A stretch of 64,000 nucleotides of DNA from a virus, in IMG/VR virus record IMGVR_UViG_3300020160_002696, positions 22,851-86,850 of that record; one strand, written 5' to 3'. The notes beneath the pieces were generated by a model, which was given only the letters and a program-made list of their open reading frames with translations, made no database searches and was not told the DNA's origin. How positions within the stretch are numbered: the stretch's first letter is position 1; the number at the start of each line of letters is the position of its first letter. Position numbers and translations under genes: made by a program. Shown piece by piece: positions 38,882 to 46,804 of the stretch.

Positions 38882-38931
38882 ATATCTTATTTGTTTCTAC
38901 AAAAGTACAAAAAAACTTTTATATATACACT

Positions 38932-39555
38932 ATGAAAATTAAAAAATTTGGTATTTTTTTAGAAAGTTTAGCAAGACCTGATAGTAGTTTAAAAACACTA
39001 AAGAGAACTAAAGAACTTAATGGTTCTGACTTTTTAGAGATATTAAATGAAAATTGTAAAAATTTCTCTTTTGATAATACACAACTTTGGAGGTCAAAAA
39101 CAAAGAAATATAATTTAGAGTTATTTACACCTGCTCCAAGAAATGCAGATCCTCTCGCATTTAAAGATTTCTTTAATGAAATTGAACATAATACAGAAGA
39201 ATATCCAGTTGTTAGAAAAAACTCTTTAATTGGTGGAACTGATAAAGAAATTTGTAAGTTTTTAGTTGGTGGTGATATGTATTTAGTTATACCATTTGAT
39301 GATAGTGAAATAGTATTTTGTCCAATTATGGATATGTGGGCAATGTCAGATGATAGAAAAAACTTAACAGGTAAAAATATGTTGGTTAAAGGTAAACCAA
39401 TAAGTAAAGATGATTTTACAAAAGTTTCTTATACTAAAAACTTTAAATACTTAGATAAAGGTTGGAATGGTAAAGGTTGTGAGTTCTTTATATCAAGTCC
39501 TTGTTTATTAGTTCATGAAAGTAAAATAGATTGGTTAAAGAAAAACTTAAAATAG
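38932..39555 (+). CDS. Hypothetical protein with N-terminal leader motif
   Basis: Starts MKIKKFGIFLES; TTATATATA upstream. Confidence 0.8.
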   Translation: MKIKKFGIFLESLARPDSSLKTLKRTKELNGSDFLEILNENCKNFSFDNTQLWRSKTKKYNLELFTPAPRNADPLAFKDFFNEIEHNTEEYPVVRKNSLIGGTDKEICKFLVGGDMYLVIPFDDSEIVFCPIMDMWAMSDDRKNLTGKNMLVKGKPISKDDFTKVSYTKNFKYLDKGWNGKGCEFFISSPCLLVHESKIDWLKKNLK

Positions 39556-39576
39556 AGAACATGTAGTTTACTATAT

Positions 39577-40296
39577 ATGTTTATGAAATATAATATAGTA
39601 ACAATTGACCCCAGTTTAATCTCTACTGCATTAGTAGTATCATCAGGTGATACTTTTAAAATGTATAACTATTGTAGAGAATCAAGTGCCTTTGGTAAAA
39701 AAGGAATCACTAAATGGTTTGGTATGGCTGAACAACACATAACTTATAAATTTATTGAATATAGAAGTTTTAAAGACTATTCAGAAGGTGAGTTAATAAA
39801 ATTAAAAGATTATGATAAAATCAGTGATATGATTATTACTGATATTAAAGAAAATATTGATTCAAATAAACCAACTAAAATTGGTATAGAAGGATATTCA
39901 TTTTCATCTACTGCAGGTGACATAATTGATTTAGTTACATTTTCAACCATTTTAAGAAAGAAACTATTTGATTTAATATCAGAAGACATTACTATACTTT
40001 CTCCTTCAACCTTGAAGCTGGAATCTTGTAAATTGACTTATCCACCAATTAATATTGGTATTAAAAAAGAAAAATGGGTATATAGGAATAATATAGGAAT
40101 ATCAGGTGGTTCATTTACAAAAAGAGAAATATTTTTAACAATTATAGAAAATAATAATTGGTCTGACTACTGGACAAAACATTGCAAATTATCTAAGACT
40201 GATATTTTAGGAATTGCAAAGATACCAAAACCTTATGAAGATGTGAATGATGCATTTTTAATTTATAAATACTTAGAAAAACAAAACCCATCATAA
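39577..40296 (+). CDS. RuvC-like Holliday junction resolvase
   Basis: RNase H-fold pattern IDPSL..TA, IEGYSF, PSTLK, DVNDA. Confidence 0.75.
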   Translation: MFMKYNIVTIDPSLISTALVVSSGDTFKMYNYCRESSAFGKKGITKWFGMAEQHITYKFIEYRSFKDYSEGELIKLKDYDKISDMIITDIKENIDSNKPTKIGIEGYSFSSTAGDIIDLVTFSTILRKKLFDLISEDITILSPSTLKLESCKLTYPPINIGIKKEKWVYRNNIGISGGSFTKREIFLTIIENNNWSDYWTKHCKLSKTDILGIAKIPKPYEDVNDAFLIYKYLEKQNPS

Positions 40297-40308
40297 GATG
40301 GGTTTTGT
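40281..40308. terminator. Bidirectional terminator, same core as 21244-21269
   Basis: ACAAAACCCATC-ATAA-GATGGGTTTTGT. Confidence 0.85.
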
Positions 40309-40634
40309 TATATCTTTAATATTAAACTAATTACTTTATCAACCTCTGATATGGAATATATTCCTAAAGTATCAGTAATATTAAACTCTTCTTTTACTAT
40401 AGATAAATTTTTATCAATCAATGATATTGAAATAAAAGGTAGATTTTTTTCTTCTCTTAATCCTTCAAGAAAAAATTTTACATAGTTATGATTATAAGTA
40501 ATACCTATTAATTCACGATTCTTCTGTAATTCATTAACAATTTTATGTAAAATATCTACCTCTTCTTTTTCTAATTGATTTGGATTCCAACTCCCCATTG
40601 TATCAAACATTTCATTAAACTTCCTTAGTTTCAT
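40308..40634 (-). CDS. Hypothetical protein with N-terminal leader motif
   Basis: Starts MKLRKFNEM. Confidence 0.8.
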   Translation of the reverse strand: MKLRKFNEMFDTMGSWNPNQLEKEEVDILHKIVNELQKNRELIGITYNHNYVKFFLEGLREEKNLPFISISLIDKNLSIVKEEFNITDTLGIYSISEVDKVISLILKI

Positions 40635-40647
40635 TTACTTAGTTGTT

Positions 40648-42825
40648 TTATTTTATTGCAGATAATTCATACTTAGGTCTTTTACCTGAGTTTTTCATTA
40701 TCCAGTTTAATGTTTCTATTTTAGAATCTTTTAACCTTTTTCTACTAATTTTAATCCAAGTAAAAATATCATCCCAATCACCATCACTTATTTTCTCAAA
40801 TAAACCAGCTTCTTTGAAATATTCTAAACATTCAATTCTACCATATTCAGCAGCCCATTTAATTATTTGGTTTCCTTTACCATCTAATAAATCCTGCCAT
40901 AATTTTGTTTTCTTAATATACTCCATTAATAATAAAAATGGTTCATAATAAGATTTACCAACATTATCTACTTTTGACCAAGTTCCTTTGTAACAAGCTC
41001 TTAATGGTAATGATTGACCAAAGTTAGGATCCAATCCTGCAGATAAACAGAATTGTAATGGTTCAACTGCATTAACAACATTTTTAAATATTTCACCATT
41101 CATCTCAGCACCATAAGAAACTAATAATTTAATCATATCAATTCCTTTAGCTCTTAATAAAGGTCCTTCTTCTTTTTTCTTTAATGTAGTAAGTGCTCCT
41201 AATTTAAGAATTCCTTCTACTTTTTTAATATCATCTTCATCAACTGCATTTTCAAGACATTTACCATTGTCTTTATTAATATCAGCAGAATCTTCTTTAA
41301 CTAATTTAGTTATTTCTTCTAATGATAATCCTGGTTGAACAATTTTTCTATTGGCTTGTTTAGCTCTTTCTTTTCTATCAATTTCTTCTTGAGACATTGG
41401 TTTAAGTAATGACCAAAGATCAACATCAATATTGTGGTCATTTTCATAACCATTTAATATTTCTTTAAATCTTGAGGTATTAACATGTGTATCACGTCTA
41501 TTATGTGTAGCTCTAACACTTTGCCCTGGCTCAATAGTAGTACCAATTGTTGACCAGTCATCTGTAAGAGGTAAATTAAAGTCATAAATATAATATTGTT
41601 TATTATTATAATTACCAACATAACTATCCCAGTTACCTAAACTATCTTTAATACAGTGTGCAGTATGTCCATTTAACATAACATTTGCAGAGTATGATCT
41701 AACTTCAATAATTAAGATACCTTCTTTATTAATTTCTGGATCAAATCTATCTTCTGGTTTATATGGATAAACAAACTCAGCACCTGATGCACCAAGTTTT
41801 GCAACACACTCATCAACTTTTTTACAAAAATCTAAGTATCTTCTTCTTACAATTCTAATTCTTCTTTCTTCTGGAGATTCACCTTCAATAACTTCATCTT
41901 TACTCATTTCAATAGAAGTTAAATATTGTTTAGCTGCTTTTAAAAACTCTTCAATATTGTGGTATCTTGGAAGTGTACTCATAAAGTGATAAGTGTTATA
42001 TAATGGATTAGGAATATCACTAACTTGTCCATTAATCATTTTAAATTGGAATGTGTCTAATGTAATACCACCAAAGAAAGCTTCTACATCTTTATCTGCA
42101 AGTTTATCAAATCCTTCTGCAATCTCTGCAAACTTTTCAGCATTCATTTCTGATATAGTTGCATAACTGGCTTTTAATTCAGAACTAACACTTAACTTAT
42201 CTGCAATTCTTTTAACTTTTCTATATTGTGCTAATCTATCTAAACCATCAGATAATTGTTCCATATTATTTGTAATATTAGGATCAATAAAATTTAAGTC
42301 AAATGGTTTTTTAACCAAACTCGGTTTATCTGCAGTACCTTTATTTACAGTAAGATTTTGTAAAATATCTTTATTCTTTAATAATTTACCATAAAGTGAT
42401 GATAAATCTTCAAGTGTACCTCCTTCAAAGAAATAGAAATAAACAAAGGCTGATAGCCAACCCATATTATCTTTATCTAATTGATAAGTTTTCTCATTTC
42501 CATTAGACATTACAACTTTAGTTTTTAATTCTCTTAAAGCCTTTAATTGTGGGTCTCCTTCAACTTGTCTTAATTGTTCAGGAGTTAAACTGATTTCTCT
42601 TATTTTTAACTTAATTTGATTTCTTTCTTCTTCATTGAAATCATTCAATGTAACAGATTTTCTTTCACCATGTTTAAGTTGTTGACCTAATTCACCATTT
42701 AAAAGCCCTAATTGTTGAGCAGCAGTTTGAACAAGGTATCTATCTTTTAGATATTTTTTTGCCTTATCTAAGTTTTCATTGATTGAATCTAATCCTAAAA
42801 ATTGGTTATATTTAGCTAATTTCAT
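40648..42825 (-). CDS. Large protein with N-terminal leader and C-terminal ankyrin-like repeats
   Basis: Starts MKLAKYNQFL; IKLLVSYGA, LSAGLDPN and WAAEYGRIECLEYF ankyrin-like helices. Confidence 0.7.
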   Translation of the reverse strand: MKLAKYNQFLGLDSINENLDKAKKYLKDRYLVQTAAQQLGLLNGELGQQLKHGERKSVTLNDFNEEERNQIKLKIREISLTPEQLRQVEGDPQLKALRELKTKVVMSNGNEKTYQLDKDNMGWLSAFVYFYFFEGGTLEDLSSLYGKLLKNKDILQNLTVNKGTADKPSLVKKPFDLNFIDPNITNNMEQLSDGLDRLAQYRKVKRIADKLSVSSELKASYATISEMNAEKFAEIAEGFDKLADKDVEAFFGGITLDTFQFKMINGQVSDIPNPLYNTYHFMSTLPRYHNIEEFLKAAKQYLTSIEMSKDEVIEGESPEERRIRIVRRRYLDFCKKVDECVAKLGASGAEFVYPYKPEDRFDPEINKEGILIIEVRSYSANVMLNGHTAHCIKDSLGNWDSYVGNYNNKQYYIYDFNLPLTDDWSTIGTTIEPGQSVRATHNRRDTHVNTSRFKEILNGYENDHNIDVDLWSLLKPMSQEEIDRKERAKQANRKIVQPGLSLEEITKLVKEDSADINKDNGKCLENAVDEDDIKKVEGILKLGALTTLKKKEEGPLLRAKGIDMIKLLVSYGAEMNGEIFKNVVNAVEPLQFCLSAGLDPNFGQSLPLRACYKGTWSKVDNVGKSYYEPFLLLMEYIKKTKLWQDLLDGKGNQIIKWAAEYGRIECLEYFKEAGLFEKISDGDWDDIFTWIKISRKRLKDSKIETLNWIMKNSGKRPKYELSAIK

Positions 42826-42838
42826 TTATAATATAATT

Positions 42839-44473
42839 TTATTTTCTTCTGTTGTGATATTTTGTTGCTTCAAGTATTCTTTCTATTTCAATACCATATA
42901 TTCTTTTGCCATCTTCTGATAAAGATTCAGTTAGTTTATCTAACTTTTTCTTAATAGCAGCTCTTTCTTCTTCTGTTTTTGCATCAGATAATTTATCAAG
43001 TAATGTATCAACATCATCTTCTTCCTCTTCTTCTGTAGTTTCAACATCTTTTGCTTTACTAATTCCTAATCCTGATAAGTAATCATCAAAATCACCTTCA
43101 TCTTCATCAGAATAAGTAGGTTCTTCTTCTGAACCACCAAATTGTTGTTCCATTTCCCATTTAGATAATTCATCTTCATATTCTTTCTCTGCAGTAACAA
43201 TATCATTAATTATACCCTCAATTTTTTTCTTAGCAGAAGATGAATTAAATTTTTCTTCATTAAGTACAAACTCTAAGTTTTCTTCCTCAACAAGGTCAAA
43301 TGTAGAGAATATGTCTTTTGTTATCTCTAGAAATTCACCATCTGTAAAATCACCACCTCTATCTTTATCTAAAGCTAATTTACCATATACTCTTAATCTC
43401 ATTTGTGAATATTTATCTGAATCTTTACAAGCATTAATAAAATCTCTAAACATTGCTTGCATTGAAACACCATATCTAAAATCTTGTGATTCATCTTCAA
43501 ATGAAGATGTATTTTGTGCAATAAGTTTTGCCATTTCTTCATCATCCTTAATAGAACCAGATTTAATCAATGACCAAATACCTTTAACTGCTTCATGTAT
43601 TAACATTGGGAAGTCAATACCAACTGCTTTAATAGTAATTTTATCAAAATCTTCTTGGTCTCCAGTCATTACTGTACCATCTTCATCTTGATAACTATTT
43701 TCTTCTTCTTGTGCTTCTTCTTCATTATCTTCTTCATCATCCTTTTCCCATTTAACCTGACATGATCCAGCCATAAATTCTTGTGCATCTCTCATCATTT
43801 TGGATTTTATCTCTATAGGTGATGCCCAGTCCAATTTGTTAGCCATATCTGTTGTTTGTAACCAGATGTTATAAATAGTTTCCCAATTATTTCCAAATAT
43901 TTCACTTAACCCATCTTCAACAATACTCTTATCTTTTATTATATTCTTTGTTGCTTTAGCTTCACCTTGATTAATTACATTAAGTATTTTCTTTTTATCA
44001 ACTGCTTTTCTTAATTCAGGATCATTTATTTCTTCTTGTGATGGAAAAGATGGAATATCTTTCATTTCAGGTATCTCACTACTAACTTGTTTTCCAGGTC
44101 TAAGCATTTTAATATCTAAAACTATTGGTTTTTCAGATGCATCTAATATCTCACTATACTGATCTAATATAATTTTCTTAGCAAGTTGTTCAAGCTTAAT
44201 ATATTTATCTTCTAGTTGTTGAGGAACAGGTCCTCTACCTTGAAACATTGCCATAATTTGTTGAGGTGGTATTCCTTGAAACATAAAATCCATACCTTGA
44301 CTAACTAATCTACCTAATTGTGGTCCTATTTGTTGCTCAGATGCTCTATTGTCAATTTCTACACCAAGATTTTTTCTAGCTTGTCTATCAGCATCAGTAG
44401 TTAAATTATCTGGAATACCAGTATTTCCTTTTAAGTCTATTTCTTCTTTTAAAAATTGTGAAAAACTCTTCAT
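42839..44473 (-). CDS. Acidic hypothetical protein with N-terminal leader motif
   Basis: Starts MKSFSQFLKEE; contains FPMLIHEAVKG. Confidence 0.8.
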   Translation of the reverse strand: MKSFSQFLKEEIDLKGNTGIPDNLTTDADRQARKNLGVEIDNRASEQQIGPQLGRLVSQGMDFMFQGIPPQQIMAMFQGRGPVPQQLEDKYIKLEQLAKKIILDQYSEILDASEKPIVLDIKMLRPGKQVSSEIPEMKDIPSFPSQEEINDPELRKAVDKKKILNVINQGEAKATKNIIKDKSIVEDGLSEIFGNNWETIYNIWLQTTDMANKLDWASPIEIKSKMMRDAQEFMAGSCQVKWEKDDEEDNEEEAQEEENSYQDEDGTVMTGDQEDFDKITIKAVGIDFPMLIHEAVKGIWSLIKSGSIKDDEEMAKLIAQNTSSFEDESQDFRYGVSMQAMFRDFINACKDSDKYSQMRLRVYGKLALDKDRGGDFTDGEFLEITKDIFSTFDLVEEENLEFVLNEEKFNSSSAKKKIEGIINDIVTAEKEYEDELSKWEMEQQFGGSEEEPTYSDEDEGDFDDYLSGLGISKAKDVETTEEEEEDDVDTLLDKLSDAKTEEERAAIKKKLDKLTESLSEDGKRIYGIEIERILEATKYHNRRK

Positions 44474-44474
44474 A

Positions 44475-44741
44475 TTATTTAATTAAATTTTTAAGTTCTA
44501 TACCTTCTTCTTTAGTAACTCTAACTAATCTGTTAAAAACATCTTCTAAAGTTGCATCTTGTCCTGGTTGTTTTAGTTTTGCCAAAGGAGCATCTTCCTC
44601 ACTTGGTCTTTGTCCTGGTACTACACCTGGTCTTGAAGGTCTTGTTCTAGTTGGAGTATCTGTATCTGGTTTAACAACAGGTCTAGCTGGTGCAGTCATT
44701 GTAGATTCAACAAACTTTTCATATTTTCTGATATATTTCAT
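44475..44741 (-). CDS. Pro-rich small protein with N-terminal leader motif
   Basis: Starts MKYIRKYEKFVES. Confidence 0.8.
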   Translation of the reverse strand: MKYIRKYEKFVESTMTAPARPVVKPDTDTPTRTRPSRPGVVPGQRPSEEDAPLAKLKQPGQDATLEDVFNRLVRVTKEEGIELKNLIK

Positions 44742-44824
44742 AATTATGATTTTTATATTTTATATATATATTAAAAAGTTATATATCAAAAAATTATATA
44801 TAACAGAAAAAATAAAGATATTAT

Positions 44825-45355
44825 ATGAAAAAGTTCTCTTCTATTAGAAAAGTATATGAAGCTGAAGAAATGGCTTTGGCTAATCTTCCTCAGAATACTC
44901 AACAACCTGAAACGGTTATTGATCAAACAGGTAAAATTATACAACCTGAACCACAACCAGAAACTCAAGAAGGACCTGGAAGTCCAGTTTCACTTTTTTC
45001 TAAATTGTTTGAATCAAGAGAAATGGCACACATTTATCACTTACAAGTAAATGGTGAGCAAGGTTCACATGCAGCACATACTGCATTGAATGAGTACTAT
45101 GAAGGTGTATTAGATTTTATTGATGATTTAATTGAAACTTATCAAGGACAATATGGTATTGTTGATGGATATGATGTAATTGATACAAATGACACAAGAA
45201 CAAAAGAGAAAGTTGAATACTTTGAAGGATTAGTAGAGTTTGTAAAACATGCTAGAAAAGCCATCTCTGCAGAAGATACACACTTACAAAATATTATTGA
45301 TGAAGTTGTTGCTTTAATTTATAGAACACTTTACAAATTGAAATTTACTAAATAA
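44825..45355 (+). CDS. Ferritin/Dps-like (DUF5856-like) protein with N-terminal extension
   Basis: HIYHL..H.ALNEYYE...D.LIETYQG..LQNIIDE..TLYKL. Confidence 0.7.
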   Translation: MKKFSSIRKVYEAEEMALANLPQNTQQPETVIDQTGKIIQPEPQPETQEGPGSPVSLFSKLFESREMAHIYHLQVNGEQGSHAAHTALNEYYEGVLDFIDDLIETYQGQYGIVDGYDVIDTNDTRTKEKVEYFEGLVEFVKHARKAISAEDTHLQNIIDEVVALIYRTLYKLKFTK

Positions 45356-45359
45356 TAAA

Positions 45360-45384
45360 AAAACCACTCAAATTGAGTGGTTTT
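45360..45384. terminator. Bidirectional terminator
   Basis: AAAACCACTC-AAATT-GAGTGGTTTT. Confidence 0.85.
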
Positions 45385-45565
45385 CTTCTTTTAATATATT
45401 TCTAATCTTTCTTTTTCTTTTTTCATTCTTGGTTTCAATTATAAGAGTAGAATATCTACTTGTTATTGACTTACTTAGATTAGGAGTTCCTGACCAAGTT
45501 GCAGCCATTGTTTGTATTGTATATGGTAACCAAACAACTCCTATATTATTTGTTAAATTCTTCAC
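45368..45565 (-). CDS. Mini-protein resembling the gp23 capsid C-terminal segment plus KRKRKIRNIL
   Basis: GVVWLPY....P...ITSRYS pattern; GTG start overlapping the upstream ORF. Confidence 0.6.
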   Translation of the reverse strand: MKNLTNNIGVVWLPYTIQTMAATWSGTPNLSKSITSRYSTLIIETKNEKRKRKIRNILKEENHSI

Positions 45566-45701
45566 TATTAAGTATTTTCAATATTTTAATTTTTCTCCAG
45601 ACATTTCTATTTGACTTCCACAATTTCTTTACATAATTTGCAAAATCATCTTCTCTTCTGTGTTTATCACCATCTTTTCCCCAACCTCTTGCAAATGACA
45701 T
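45546..45701 (-). CDS. 51-aa basic protein with RKIKILKIL motif
   Basis: Manual translation MSFARGWGKDGDKHRREDDFANYVKKLWKSNRNVWRKIKILKILNSEEFNK. Confidence 0.6.
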   Translation of the reverse strand: MSFARGWGKDGDKHRREDDFANYVKKLWKSNRNVWRKIKILKILNSEEFNK

Positions 45702-45721
45702 ACTATTATATTATTAAAATA

Positions 45722-46042
45722 TTATTTGTTCTCAGTATATAAATATTTTCTACCTTCTTCATTATAGTTTTGAATATTTGTAATCACAGTATCCAATTTA
45801 TCAATACTATCATCAACATTCTTTTTAATTATCTGTAATGCTGCAATTGAATCATCTATTTGATCATTACTTTTATTTGATAAATTTTTATAGTTACTTA
45901 ACTCTGTTTCTAAGGAATCTGTAATTTTACTTTTCTCTTCTAATTGAGATGTAAACTCTTTTAGTTCTTTTAATATCTCATCAACTCTTTCAGTTGCTAT
46001 ATCTTTTTGTTCTTCTGCTTCAAAAAATCTTCTTATTTTCAT
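45722..46042 (-). CDS. Coiled-coil protein with N-terminal leader motif
   Basis: Starts MKIRRFFEA. Confidence 0.8.
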   Translation of the reverse strand: MKIRRFFEAEEQKDIATERVDEILKELKEFTSQLEEKSKITDSLETELSNYKNLSNKSNDQIDDSIAALQIIKKNVDDSIDKLDTVITNIQNYNEEGRKYLYTENK

Positions 46043-46059
46043 TTTACTAAAATATAATT

Positions 46060-46075
46060 TTAATATATATATTAA
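46060..46075. promoter_or_regulatory. Palindromic putative late promoter serving divergent genes
   Basis: TTAATATATATATTAA perfect palindrome with TAATATATA on both strands. Confidence 0.6.
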
Positions 46076-46077
46076 TT

Positions 46078-46761
46078 ATGAAAAAGACAAATAAACTTAT
46101 TTTAGAGTTTTCTGAATTTAATCTACAAAGAATGAATTCTGATAGTGTTCAAGCATCTACTCATGTTGATGATCCATCATTATCTACAAATGCCTTTGAT
46201 AAAGCACAGGACGCTATTAGACAAGCAATGTCACGTATTAATGACATTATGTATAATATTAAAGGAACTAATGCTTACAAGTCTCTTAGAAGTAAATTGG
46301 CATTGGAAGAACAAGATATTAAATCAATGAAGATATTAAGAATTGTTAAATCTGAAACTTTAGGATATGACATTTACTTAACTTTTGTTATTGGTGAAGA
46401 AGAATACTGGGGTAAATTAGAAGATGTATTGGGACAAAATCCTGAGTTAACATCAGAAGTATTTAAAGATGCAGACTTATATCAACCAAGAGAATGGATT
46501 ATAAAAATTACTGGATTGATTACTAAGACAATTAAAACTTGGTTAAAACCAGAACCAGGAGAATATAGATTAATAAACAATGAACTTACTTGTTACTCTG
46601 TTGAAACTGGTAAACAATTAAAGATGGAGAAAGGAATTGTTATAGATGTTGTTAGATCACATAATGATAAGATAATAATAAGATATGATAGTGATACATA
46701 TAACTTAGTTGGAGATAATTATATTTACTTTAACTGGTGGTTTGAGAAATTAGAGGAATAA
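46078..46761 (+). CDS. Hypothetical protein
   Basis: 227 aa; leader-like LILEFSEF. Confidence 0.8.
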   Translation: MKKTNKLILEFSEFNLQRMNSDSVQASTHVDDPSLSTNAFDKAQDAIRQAMSRINDIMYNIKGTNAYKSLRSKLALEEQDIKSMKILRIVKSETLGYDIYLTFVIGEEEYWGKLEDVLGQNPELTSEVFKDADLYQPREWIIKITGLITKTIKTWLKPEPGEYRLINNELTCYSVETGKQLKMEKGIVIDVVRSHNDKIIIRYDSDTYNLVGDNYIYFNWWFEKLEE

Positions 46762-46787
46762 AAAAAGAGACTTTAAGTCTCTTTTTT
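46761..46787. terminator. Bidirectional terminator
   Basis: AAAAAAGAGACT-TTA-AGTCTCTTTTTT at a convergent junction. Confidence 0.8.
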
Positions 46788-46804
46788 ATTATAAAACTTT
46801 ACTA

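Noticed and set aside
42839-44473. Zinc metalloprotease call from IHEAVKG
   Set aside because: The motif is HExxK rather than HExxH, which is insufficient to assign activity.
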